64,000 nt of DNA from an uncultured Pseudomonadota bacterium (GTDB lineage Bacteria; Oederibacteriota; Muellerivitia; Muellerivitales; Muellerivitaceae): the NCBI GenBank assembly GCA_963770835.1, contig CAVYRH010000010.1, positions 32,001-96,000 of the forward strand. The letters run 5' to 3'. Below, piece by piece: positions 40,324 through 50,164 of the stretch (positions are counted from its first letter, which is position 1; each line of letters begins with the position of its first letter). Below the pieces are notes generated by a model, which did not search any database, was not told where the DNA came from, and saw only the letters and a program-made list of their open reading frames with translations. A program made the position numbers and the translations under genes.

Positions 40324-40935
40324 ATGAAAAGAACTTTTCTCGCTTTGGGACTGTTTTTCGCCGCCGTTCCGCTTTTCGCCCAGGTCCCCACCAACACTCC
40401 CACCGACACGGCTACCGATACCCCGACCGACACGCCCACCTTGACGGCCACCGCCACGCCCACTTTTACCGCGACGCTGACGGCCACCAACACGGCCACC
40501 GCCACCATCACCCTCACCCCCACCAACACGGCCACCCCCACGATCACCTTAACGCCCACCACCACCTTTACGATCACGCTGACCTTCACCCCCACCAACA
40601 CGCCCACCGTTACTTCCACGCCCACCATCACCTTCACGCCGGGGCACGACCTCTTTAACGTTTCCGAAAACATCGTGAGGCCGGCCGTGGGGCCGGTTTC
40701 CATCCATGTCGGAAGCTTCTCCTACGGCGGGCCCTACACCTTGGCGGTCTACAACTCGGCGGGGGAAGTGATCAAGATCCTCGACAACAACCAGAACCTT
40801 CCCGCCGCCATCGATATTCAATACACCTGGGACGGCACCAACACCCATGGGGACAAGGTGGCCAGCGGCGTCTACCTGATCTTCCTGAAGAGGCCCCTGA
40901 ACGAGGAAATGAAGAAGGTCCTACTGGTCCGTTAG
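40324..40935 (+). CDS. Exported Thr/Pro-rich protein with FlgD-Ig-like C-terminal domain
   Basis: Signal peptide ending PLFA; ~80-aa Thr/Pro tract; VYNSAGEVIK...WDGTN..G.KVASGVYLI...KKVLLVR. Confidence 0.8.
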   Translation: MKRTFLALGLFFAAVPLFAQVPTNTPTDTATDTPTDTPTLTATATPTFTATLTATNTATATITLTPTNTATPTITLTPTTTFTITLTFTPTNTPTVTSTPTITFTPGHDLFNVSENIVRPAVGPVSIHVGSFSYGGPYTLAVYNSAGEVIKILDNNQNLPAAIDIQYTWDGTNTHGDKVASGVYLIFLKRPLNEEMKKVLLVR

Positions 40936-41133
40936 GGGGGAATCCCCCGCCCCCCAGCTAAGAACGCTCATAGGGAAAAACCCCTATGTATCCTCAAAAC
41001 ATTTTTTTGGTTAAAACTCCTGTTTGCCGAATTTACCGGATCAAGGTTGCAACAAACCCTGAAAAAATAGTAGTCTCCTTGTCCAGGGTTATCCCCGCTT
41101 CCGGGGCCGATAAACCAATTCGAAAGGCAGGCC

Positions 41134-41592
41134 ATGGAACCGACCTCCGCCATCTTCCAGCAACTTCGCCGGGTCTTGCAGCAGACCTATTTCCTCCAGT
41201 CGATGGGGCCGAGGGAACTGGACCAGCTGGTCATCAGCTTGAAGCCCATGCGGGTCTTCAAGGGTTTCGAGATCATCAAACAGGGCGACCCGGGGGATAG
41301 CTTCTACCTCATCGCCTCGGGCCGGGTGTCGGTCTTCGTGGACAAGGGCGCCTACCGCGTGAAGGCCGCCGAACTGCGGGCGGACCAGTATTTCGGCGAG
41401 ATGGCGCTTATCTCCAACGAGCCGCGCAGCGCCACCGTCATGGCCGAAGGGCTCACCGAGCTCTTCCTCCTCAAGAAGGAGGACTTCGACCGCATCCTCA
41501 TGAAGAACCCCGCCATCGCCCAGAAGATCAAGGAAGCCCAGGCGAAAAGGGGCGAGGCCAACTCCCGCCTGCCGGAGCCCGAAGGGCGCTGA
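41134..41592 (+). CDS. Stand-alone cyclic nucleotide-binding domain protein
   Basis: IIKQGDPGDSFYLIASGRV, YFGEMAL...PRSATV. Confidence 0.9.
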   Translation: MEPTSAIFQQLRRVLQQTYFLQSMGPRELDQLVISLKPMRVFKGFEIIKQGDPGDSFYLIASGRVSVFVDKGAYRVKAAELRADQYFGEMALISNEPRSATVMAEGLTELFLLKKEDFDRILMKNPAIAQKIKEAQAKRGEANSRLPEPEGR

Positions 41593-41602
41593 GGGAAGTC
41601 CC

Positions 41603-43181
41603 TCAATCCAGCGCGGCGATGCTTTTGGGTTTGCCGGGCTTCAACACGTTTTTGGCGGGCAGGAAAAAGGCGGGGATCAGGGCCAGCATGACGATGAAGG
41701 CGCCCACCAAAAAGGCGTCCTCAAAAGCGGAGACCGAGACCATCTTCATGATATGCCCGGCCACCACCGCGCTCCCGCCGCGCATGGAATCGGCGTGGGA
41801 GAGCCCCAAGTCATGCAGCCGCCCGGCCGCGTTGGCCATGGCCTGCTGGGAGGCGGGGGTCAGGGCGTTCCAGGCGGAGGCCGCCAGGCCCTGGTGAAAG
41901 ACCATGCGGTGGTCCAGGATGGCTCCCAAGAGCCCGATGCCCACCGAACCGGCCACCTGCTGGGTCAAGTTCATCATGGCGGAGGCCATCCCCGCCTTTT
42001 CCTTCTCAACGCAATTCAAGGCCGTCACCATGACGGGGGTAATCAAGAGCGCGATGGCCACGCCCCGGATGAGGGTGGGCTCGATCACGTCCCAGATGCT
42101 GGTGTTGATATCCAGCGTCCGGTAGATATACATGAAGTAGGCGATGCCTAAAAGCCCGACTAAGGAGGGCCAGAGGGGGCCGATCTTATCGCTCAATTTT
42201 CCCGCGAAGGGCATGACCAGGGCGATCATCAGGGAACCGGGAAGCAATATCAGGCCGCTGTCGATCTCGTTGAAACCCATGACCTGCTGGAGAAAGAGGG
42301 GCAAAAGAAAGACGCCCCCGAAGAGGGCCAGCGACCGGGCCGATATGACCAGCATGCAGGCGGCATAGACCGGCGACTTCAAGAGCCGGATATCCAGGAT
42401 GCCGTGGGGGGTCAGGCTTTCCACCACGGTGAAACCCACGAAGCCGGTGAAGGCGAGGCCCCAGCAGGTATAGATGTAGGCGGAAGACCATCCCTTGTCC
42501 TCCCCCTGGCTCAAGGCCAGCAGGAAGGTGACCAGGAAGGTGGAAAGGAACAGGAAACCCCAGAAGTCGAAGGGATGCTTGTGGGAATGCTCGCACGGTT
42601 TGTCCTCCCTCAAAAGGGCGAGGGCCAAAAGAATGGCGATGATGCCCACCGGCAGGTTCACGGTAAAGATGGACCGCCACCCGAACTGGTTGGTCAGGTA
42701 GCCGCCCAGGGTCGGGCCGAAGGACGGGCCCACGATGACCCCCACCCCCCAATAGCCGATGGCCTTTCCCCGCTCGCTGGGCTCGAAAACATCGGCGATC
42801 ATGGCCATGCCGGTGGGGGTGATGGCGCCCCCGCCCAAGGCCTGGATGACCCGGGCCGCCACCAGGGAAGGCAGGTTCCAGGACATGGCGCAAAGCAGCG
42901 ACCCCAGGGTGAAAACGAAAAGGCTGGCCACGAAAAGCTGCTTGTAGCCGATGTGCTCCCTCAGCCAGGCGGTCAAGGGCATGAGGGTGGCGAAGGCCAG
43001 CATGTAGCCGGTGATGACCCATTCGATGTCGTTCACGGGCGAGCCGAAGTCGGCCATGATGTCGGGGAGGTGAAACGTTGACGATGCTCTGGTCCAGGGA
43101 GGCCATGAGCGTGCCGATCATGACGACCCCCAGCACTTCCCATTTATAGGCGTTGCCCGAGACCCCGGGAGTGTTGGACAT
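41603..43181 (-). CDS. emrB: DHA2 (EmrB/QacA) MFS efflux permease, one +1 frameshift at ~43070 (525 aa if repaired)
   Basis: GTLMASLDQSIVNVS joins LPDIMADFG...WVITGYMLA; ARVIQALGGG; GPTLGGYL..WRSIF.VNLPVG. Confidence 0.87.
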
Positions 43182-43228
43182 CAGAAACCTCCAACTTTTT
43201 CACCGCCAAACACGGTTTTTTCAGTAAT

Positions 43229-43322
43229 CCCCCTCTCCCTTAAGGGGAGAGGGCCGGGGTGAGGGTGAACCTCAGTTTGTAAAACACCCCTCACCCTAAC
43301 CCTCTCCCCCAAGGGGCGAGGG
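43229..43322. repeat. REP-like palindrome pair (CCCTCTCCC...GGGAGAGGG..GGGGTGAGGG family)
   Basis: Two inverted units between emrA and emrB; a fused copy lies at 44293-44342. Confidence 0.8.
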
Positions 43323-43350
43323 AAATTAGAAATCCAAAGGGCGTTAGGCA

Positions 43351-44220
43351 TCATTTCACCTTGATCTTGATCTCCACCGACTGGCCGGCCTTGAGGACCC
43401 GGCCCGGGTGGGGGTCCAGGACCACCTTGATAGGGACGCGCTGGACGAGCTTGATGAAATTGCCCGAGGCGTTTTCCGCCGGGAGCAGGGCGAACTGCGA
43501 GGCGGTGGCGGCGGTGATTTCCTGCACCTGGCCGGTCAGGTCCCCGCCCTCATCCACGTGGATCAAAACCTTTTGCCCGGGCCGCACGTCGCCCACGTTG
43601 GTTTCCTGGATATTGGCCGACACCCAGGCGTGGTCCACATCGGCCACGATAAAGGCCACCTGGCCTGATTCCAGCAGGTTGCCGTCCACCGCGATCCTTT
43701 CCACCACGATGCCGTTGACCGGACTGATTAAATAGGTATGGCTCAGGGCGTTCTGCGCCATCAGCAAATCGGCCTGGGCGGCCTGGGCCCCCGATTGGGC
43801 GGCTTGGGAGTCCCGGGCCGCCATCCCGCCCTGCTTGAAGAGGCGCTCGGCCCGCAGGGAATCGGCTTCCCCCAGGGTGGCGCGGGCCTGGGCTTTTAAA
43901 AGCTGGGCCTGGTAAACGGTATGGTCCAATTCGGCCAAGACCTCGCCCTGTGTCACCGGGTCCCCCTCGGCCACGTTGATCTTTAAGACCGTCCCGCTCA
44001 CGCCGTCGGGGGCGATGCGCACCAGGTCCTCGGCCACGCGGGCGTCGTCGGTGGAAACATAGGGCCGGAAGGCGAAAAACCAAACGACCAGGCCGATAAG
44101 GCACAAGGCCAAAAAGGCCCAACCGGTATTTTGAGCCATCTTCGACTGCCACCAAGGCGCGGCCGCGGGCGGGTGGGGCCCGGGATGCGCGGGTTCTTTT
44201 TTACGGGTCTGGGGGCTCAT
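43351..44220 (-). CDS. emrA: EmrA/HlyD-family membrane fusion protein
   Basis: N-terminal TM, VSTDDA, WVSANIQET..., FALLPAENASGNFIKLVQRVPIK. Confidence 0.9.
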   Translation of the reverse strand: MSPQTRKKEPAHPGPHPPAAAPWWQSKMAQNTGWAFLALCLIGLVVWFFAFRPYVSTDDARVAEDLVRIAPDGVSGTVLKINVAEGDPVTQGEVLAELDHTVYQAQLLKAQARATLGEADSLRAERLFKQGGMAARDSQAAQSGAQAAQADLLMAQNALSHTYLISPVNGIVVERIAVDGNLLESGQVAFIVADVDHAWVSANIQETNVGDVRPGQKVLIHVDEGGDLTGQVQEITAATASQFALLPAENASGNFIKLVQRVPIKVVLDPHPGRVLKAGQSVEIKIKVK

Positions 44221-44292
44221 TCGTTTCTCCTTCAGGATTTTTGGGTTTGGTAAGCCGGGTAGCGACTCATTTTAAGTTGGACAACCTTAAGG

Positions 44293-44342
44293 CACCCCTC
44301 ACCCTTCCCTCTCCCTTGAGGGGAGAGGGCGGGGTGAGGGTG
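44293..44342. repeat. REP-like palindrome (same family as 43229-43322)
   Basis: CACCCCTCACCC-TT-CCCTCTCCC-TTGAG-GGGAGAGGG-CG-GGGTGAGGGTG. Confidence 0.8.
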
Positions 44343-44358
44343 GAGTAACATTTTCTTC

Positions 44359-44838
44359 TCAAACTGACGCACTACCGTAAGACGGCGGGCCTTTGTCCTC
44401 CGACAGGTGCCGGGTTATTTTTTGAAGCGTTTTCACGAAATTCGTCTTTTCACCCGCCGTCAAGGCCTCCAGCGCGGTCCCGGACAAAAGCCGGTAAATT
44501 TTTTCGATCTCCGCCGCCAGTTTTTCCCCCCGCGGGGTCAGGGCCAGTTCCCAGCGCCTTTTATCCGTTGGGTGCTCCCCCTGGCGCAGCAGGCCCTGTT
44601 TTAAAAGAAGGTTCACCATTTTGGTCATGGCCGCCGGGTCGGTCTGGGTGTCCCTCGAAAGCTCGGCCGGCGAGGCCTTGCCCCTTTTGGAAAGGAAACG
44701 CAAAAGCGGGGCCTGTTTGACCCCCAGTCCCAAGGGCCTGACGGCGTTATTAAAATGAAGGGTCAGGGCCCGCCGGCACCGGCCGAATTCCTCCAGCAGT
44801 TCCAGGTCCGACGGGGTTGGGGAGGTGTTCGATTTCAT
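44359..44838 (-). CDS. MarR-family transcriptional regulator
   Basis: LGLGVKQ..LL..L...SPAELS....DPAAMTKMV..L...GLL....PTDKRR..L.LT.RG; heads the emrAB operon. Confidence 0.9.
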   Translation of the reverse strand: MKSNTSPTPSDLELLEEFGRCRRALTLHFNNAVRPLGLGVKQAPLLRFLSKRGKASPAELSRDTQTDPAAMTKMVNLLLKQGLLRQGEHPTDKRRWELALTPRGEKLAAEIEKIYRLLSGTALEALTAGEKTNFVKTLQKITRHLSEDKGPPSYGSASV

Positions 44839-44870
44839 GGATATATCCATAATGGATATATCCATGAAAT
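44832..44870. promoter_or_regulatory. Probable MarR operator overlapping the marR start codon
   Basis: 39-bp palindrome containing two copies of the 14-bp palindrome ATGGATATATCCAT. Confidence 0.75.
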
Positions 44871-45040
44871 TCAAGGGGCGGGGCCGGGGTCTGGGAAGAT
44901 TTCCCCCGCCCTTTCCCCGTGAAATTAAATTCCCGTAAATCGGCATTTTTCCCGCAGCTTTCAGGGCTTTATCGGGTTCCGGGAGGACGCCCGGGGGTTT
45001 AATATGGGGCCTCTTTATCCCGTATCAAGAAAGGTTCTAT

Positions 45041-45796
45041 ATGGAAAATTCCCCCGCCGGCCCGCTGGACACGGATTTTGAATTCGCCCCCGTTTTAAAC
45101 GTCGGGGACCTCATCGCCCGGACCTACAGCCTTTATTTCAAGCATATCCATTGGGTGTTGATCCTGGTTCTTTTATTCTTCACGCCCTTCCTGCTGTTGA
45201 AAAACTTCGCCATCTCCCTCTCGCCCCCCGATTCGAAATTAATTAAATTCTGGATCGACAGCTCCGTCCTGGGGCTCCTCTCCCTCTTCGCCGCGCCCAC
45301 CATGGTGCACATCATTGTCCGCAACCTGCGGGAGGGAAAGGCGCCCCCCCTGGGGGAATCCCTCCTGTGGGGACTTAAGTGTTACCCCACGAATTTCGGC
45401 TACCACTTCGTCACCGGGTTGATGACCATGTTGGGCCTGGTGTTTTTCATCGTGCCGGGCGTGTTTGTCATGCTTTGGTACGGCTTGCTTTCCACGGTCG
45501 TGGGAGTGGAGGGCCCGGGGGGCGCGAATCCCATGGAGCGCAGTAAAGCCCTGGCTCAAAAACACATGGGCCTCCTTTTCGGCGGCATGATATCGGTATT
45601 CCTCCTCAATATGCTGGCTTGCGCCGTCGCGGGATTGATCGTGGGGATTTTTATCGGGATCTTCGCGGTTATTTTCGGCCTTCACGGCCCTTTCAACACC
45701 CCCGACCATTGGCTGTTAGACACCCTCTACGAAGCGATTTCGGTGGTTTTCAACATGAACTTGGGAATCGCCGCCCTTTGCTGTTATTTGACTTAG
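45041..45796 (+). CDS. Polytopic membrane protein; frame stays open past the TAG to 45994
   Basis: About 6 hydrophobic segments, GLVFFIVPGV, VEG......MERS..L; Lys/Ala/Pro tail in frame after the stop. Confidence 0.7.
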   Translation: MENSPAGPLDTDFEFAPVLNVGDLIARTYSLYFKHIHWVLILVLLFFTPFLLLKNFAISLSPPDSKLIKFWIDSSVLGLLSLFAAPTMVHIIVRNLREGKAPPLGESLLWGLKCYPTNFGYHFVTGLMTMLGLVFFIVPGVFVMLWYGLLSTVVGVEGPGGANPMERSKALAQKHMGLLFGGMISVFLLNMLACAVAGLIVGIFIGIFAVIFGLHGPFNTPDHWLLDTLYEAISVVFNMNLGIAALCCYLT

Positions 45797-46123
45797 TCCC
45801 GGGAAAAGCCCGGGGAAGCAAAGAGGGAAGTGAAGGCCCCGGCGGAAGCGCCCCCCGTAGCCGCCCCTGTCGGCCTGGACCGGGCTCTGCCGGGGGCCGT
45901 TTCAAAGGCGAAACCCAAACCGAAACCCAGGGCCCGGGCTCTGCGCAAGAAAGCCGCCCCGAAAGCCGGCGCCAAAGCCAAACGAAAGCGGTAACGGGTC
46001 CACAAATCGCGACCTTTTACCGGGTGGGCCACTTTTCGGTTAAATCGGAGTGAAACCCAGAACCATTCCGGCTCCCCGACCGTCCAACTTGCGTCTCGGG
46101 CCCATATCCAAAAGGGAGAAATC

Positions 46124-47197
46124 ATGAAAAAGCGTCTATTACTGATGGCGTTGGTATTTGCGGCTTCGACGGGGTTGGGTTTGGCCGAGGAAACCCTGAA
46201 GCCGAAACCGAAGGTCCATCATTCCCAAAAGCAAAAGAGGAAAACCGACGCCCAGAAAACCAAGCCCGCGATGATGACCCAGGGGACAAGCAGCCTCAGC
46301 CTCAGCAACGCCCAGAAAGATAAGCCCAAAACCGGCGACAAGCCAGGCCCAAAAGAACTCCTCAACGTTCCGGGAAACAGCCAGTCCCACCAAATGGGCG
46401 CGGGCCAGGGCAGTTTAGCCCAAGGGCAGGGAAAGCAAGTTCTCAAGAAGAAAACCACGACTAAGAAGGGAATCTCCAACCCGGGCCAGGCGATGGGGAT
46501 GAACATGACCAGCGACGCCGTCCAAAGCAAGGACACGAAAGATAAGCCCCTTACCGGCGGTGACGAGGGGCCGAAAGAACTCCTCCACCCGGTCCAGGCC
46601 ACGACCGGCCAAGCGGGCTTGGGGAATCTTGCCTCCAGGCCGAACGAGCAGGATCTCAAGAAGAAAACCGATGTCAAGCAAGGGAGCAACGCCCCAGGCC
46701 CGGCGATGGGGATGAACATGACCAGCGACACCCTCCAAAGCAAGGACACGAAAGATAAGCCCAAAACCGGGGACACCCAAGTCCCGAAAGAGCTCCTCCA
46801 TCCGTTGTACGGCACGACCCACTCCACGGGCACGGGCAAGGACGACCTGGCCTCCAAGCCAAAAGGGAAGAACCCCAAGAAGAAAACCGTGGTCAAGCAC
46901 GGGAACAACGCCCCAGGCCAGACGATGGGGATGAACACGGCCGGCGGCCCCGGCCAAGCCGACGCCAAGCAAGAGAAACCCAAAAACACGGGCAACGAGG
47001 ATCCGAAGGAACTCCTCCAGCCGTCGGACGCTTCGACCCATTCAATGGGCACGGGCAAGGACGACCTGGCCTCCAGGCCAAACGAGCCGGATCAAAATAA
47101 AAAAATCGATGACCCGAACGACAGCACCACTCGGGGCCAGGACCCGGCTCTCGTGGGTCAGCACGTGAAAAGTGAAGACCCCAACGAGGTCCAATAA
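46124..47197 (+). CDS. Exported hydrophilic protein with about four 71-73-aa repeats
   Basis: Signal peptide ending GLA; repeated KDKP.TG...PKELL.P...LAS...KKKT...PG.AMGMN. Confidence 0.75.
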   Translation: MKKRLLLMALVFAASTGLGLAEETLKPKPKVHHSQKQKRKTDAQKTKPAMMTQGTSSLSLSNAQKDKPKTGDKPGPKELLNVPGNSQSHQMGAGQGSLAQGQGKQVLKKKTTTKKGISNPGQAMGMNMTSDAVQSKDTKDKPLTGGDEGPKELLHPVQATTGQAGLGNLASRPNEQDLKKKTDVKQGSNAPGPAMGMNMTSDTLQSKDTKDKPKTGDTQVPKELLHPLYGTTHSTGTGKDDLASKPKGKNPKKKTVVKHGNNAPGQTMGMNTAGGPGQADAKQEKPKNTGNEDPKELLQPSDASTHSMGTGKDDLASRPNEPDQNKKIDDPNDSTTRGQDPALVGQHVKSEDPNEVQ

Positions 47198-47269
47198 GGC
47201 CCGGTTCCCCAACCCCACGGGTACATGACTAGGCCCTAGGTAGCGCACCGGTTTGAATAATTCCCCACT

Positions 47270-47445
47270 TTGAAAAAGGGGCCTCTCGGTTTTGAGGGTA
47301 CACAGGGGTTTTTCCCTGTGAGAGCCTTTGGGGAGGGGGTATTAGCTTTTAACGCCAAGGCTAACTCCCCCTTAATCCAAAAGCGCTCACAGGGAACCCC
47401 CCCTGTGTACCCACTAAACCGAAATGCCCTCTTTCAGAGGGGGAA
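47270..47445. repeat. Long intergenic palindrome containing two inverted copies of the GCGCTCAYAGGG-loop-CCCTRTGTAYCC motif
   Basis: 47291-47325 is inverted to 47383-47412; other copies at 39597-39630, 40964-40995 and 55142-55171. Confidence 0.8.
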
Positions 47446-47556
47446 AAAAGGAAGCCCACCAGCAAACTGAAGCACTGCCAGGCCTCATCCTTCCTTGATT
47501 CTTCAGTACTTCCCGTTACAATTGGGCCCATCCATTTCCTAACGGAGGGTTTACCC

Positions 47557-48813
47557 ATGGTTTCCCAGAATAAATTCCAAAATTCCGCGATGATGTTCCT
47601 TCTGCTGGCCTTGACGGCGCTGGGAATCCTTGCCACCGGCTGTCCGGGCAAAAGCGCGCCCGCGGCCCCCAGCAACCCCGCCCCCACCCCGACGAATACG
47701 GCTTTTTCGACGCCCCCCACCGCCACCCAAACCCCCACCGTCACCACCACCCGCACCCCCGCGAACACGCCCACGGTCACGTCCACCGGCACCCCCACCC
47801 TCTCGCCCACCCTCACCCCGACCGCCACTTCCACGGCAACCCCCACCCTCACGGCGACCAGCACCATCACACAGACCCCCACCTCGACCGCAAGCCCGAC
47901 GGCCACCCGGACGCCCACGATCACCCCGACCCATACCGCCACCTCTACCTTCAGCCCCACGGCTACCGACACGGCCACGGCGACCGCCACGCCAACCTTC
48001 CATTTCTTGAGCGGGGGATCCTGGGTCAACACCTCCCCTTACGGCTTGGCCTGCAACAAGGCCACTTCCGTGGTTTACGTGACCCAGCCCTCGGATGTGG
48101 AGGTGTTTAATTCCATCACCAACTTCACCACGGCCAGCGCGACCTGGACCCAATATGGAACCACCGCTTTCATATATCCGCAAACGCAGGCGGTGAATCC
48201 GGTCAACGGCAATGTCTATGTCGTGGATGGCGGGTCCGGCGGGGCCCAAGTGGTTTATCAGTTCACCTCGGCCGGGGCCACGGTGAACAAATCCACCACC
48301 GCCTTTAACACAATCCAGGATGTCGAAACCGATTCCAATGGCAACGCCTACGTGGTGGACCAGGGGGGCGCCACCCTTTATGAGCTCAACTCCAGCATGG
48401 GGGTCGTGAAAACCTGGACCGCCGCCGGCACCACCTCCTTTGGGAGCCTCTTCTCCGTGGCCCTGGATGCCTCGAATAACATCTATGTGTGCGATAACGG
48501 ATCCTCCGCCGGGCACAATCACATTTGGGAAATGAACTACTCCGGTACGGTGCTCAATACCTAGAATACGCCGGTGGGGAACTTCATCTACCAAATGTGC
48601 GTGAACGCGAGCGGGACTGTCTACGCCGCCGACGAGGGGGTGGTGGGGCTGGAGGAATATGTGCCCGGCATCGCGACGCCCGCGCATACCTTTACCGGTT
48701 CCGAGGGCGGGGGAACGGCCTTTTCAATCCCGGACGGCGTGTGCTTTCTCCCCAACGGCAATCTCCTCGTCGCCGACTCCGGCATCAACTACCTCCAGGA
48801 ATATGTCCCCTGA
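47557..48813 (+). pseudogene. Lipoprotein with Thr/Pro stalk and NHL-like propeller, one in-frame TAG at 48562-48564
   Basis: LATG-C lipobox; blades [21 protein letters not shown]; the same frame continues GTVYAAD, GNLLVAD to TGA 48813. Confidence 0.75.
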
Positions 48814-48903
48814 TCAGGGGGCCGGTTTTCCTAAAAAACCGGCACACCCAAAACATAGGTCTCGGTTTGTGACCTCGCCCTAGGGGCCGAAAGGAAGCGC
48901 AAC

Positions 48904-49824
48904 ATGAAACGTAATTTGAGGGATCTTCTCCTCCTTATCCTGCCGGTCCTGGGGCTTTTGAACTCGGGCTGCCCCGGCAAAAGCCCGGCCCCCACCGCGC
49001 CGGGCCCCTCCGGGCCGCCCACGTTCAGTTACGGCGTTTCCTTCGGGGCCTCCGGGGGCACGACCATGAACACGCCCAACGGCCTGGCCGTCTCAGGGGG
49101 CAACCTCTGGGTCGCCAATGAATATATCTTCGGCTACATCCAGGAATGGACCACCGCCGGAAGCGAAACCTTCTCCTCCACCACCTATAACTCCACCAGC
49201 TACAATTTTCCCCGGGACGCGGCGGCCGGGCCGGACGGTTACATCTACATCGCGGACGGCAGCCACCTGGTGGTAGAACTCACCTCGGCCGGCGCCTATG
49301 TCACGGTCTTTGGAACCGCCGAACTGGGGACCGACGACCTGGACGGGGTGGCGGTGGGGAGCACCCGGGCCTACCTGCTGGACGACACCGTCCCCCAGGT
49401 GGTGGGCTATACCATCGGCGGCACGGGCGCCGCCAAGACCTTCACCAGCCCGGTGAGTTTCGGCTCTACCGCCCTGGGGACCATTCCCAAGGGAATCGCC
49501 CTGGACGGCGCGGGCAATGTCTACGTGGCCGATTCGGCCAACGACCGGGTCGTGAAGTTCAACAGCGCGGGCGTCACCCAAGCCGCCGTCACCCTGGTTT
49601 CCAGCGGCGTGCCCACGGGCATGGCGGTGGACGGGGCCGGCTACCTTTACGCGGCGGACAACCACAACCATGAGGTCCAAATGTTCGATTCCTCGGGCGC
49701 GGCGGTGACCCAATTCGGGGCGGCGGACCTGTCGGGGGCCCAGGGCATCGCCTTGGACTCCTCGGGCAACCTCTACGTGTCGGACGCCGCGAATAACCGG
49801 GTCGTGAAGTTCAATAAGAATTAA
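48904..49824 (+). CDS. NHL-repeat lipoprotein
   Basis: LNSG-C lipobox; PKGIALDGAGNVYVADSANDRVVKF repeats. Confidence 0.88.
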   Translation: MKRNLRDLLLLILPVLGLLNSGCPGKSPAPTAPGPSGPPTFSYGVSFGASGGTTMNTPNGLAVSGGNLWVANEYIFGYIQEWTTAGSETFSSTTYNSTSYNFPRDAAAGPDGYIYIADGSHLVVELTSAGAYVTVFGTAELGTDDLDGVAVGSTRAYLLDDTVPQVVGYTIGGTGAAKTFTSPVSFGSTALGTIPKGIALDGAGNVYVADSANDRVVKFNSAGVTQAAVTLVSSGVPTGMAVDGAGYLYAADNHNHEVQMFDSSGAAVTQFGAADLSGAQGIALDSSGNLYVSDAANNRVVKFNKN

Positions 49825-49890
49825 CGGGGATCCGGGTTCGCGTCCCCGCCGGCCAATCGGGATCCGGCCAAGGTGGTTTCGGGCTTCCCG

Positions 49891-50027
49891 GCCCCCTGGG
49901 GCGAGGCCCCTAGCCGAGCCCCGCGCTTTGGGTGTGCCGGTTTTTTAAGAAAACCAGCCCCCTGGGGCGAGGCCCCTAGCCGAGCCCCGCGCTTTGGGTG
50001 CGCCGGTTTTTTAAGAAAACCGGCCCC
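49891..50027 (-). repeat. Tandem 66-bp duplication of a two-hairpin element; inverted copy at 48817-48888
   Basis: Units start at 49891 and 49957; the reverse complement matches GGGGGCCGGTTTTCCTAAAAAACCGGCACACCCAAA...CTCGCCCTAGGGGCC. Confidence 0.85.
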
Positions 50028-50164
50028 CCGGCTTTCCCCGGGTCTTTTCCGCCGCTTATTTCTTCACCGCCCCTTCATTCCTATCCCGCCGTCCCCTATA
50101 CTTCCACCGCCGGTCCGCCGCCCTTCCCCCGCCCCCGCCGGAAATTTCGATCCTGGGGGTATCT

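Noticed and set aside
45794..48564. Genome-wide TAG recoding
   Set aside because: TAG ends genes at natural C-termini elsewhere (40148, 40935, 33816); two cases are better explained by mutation or error.
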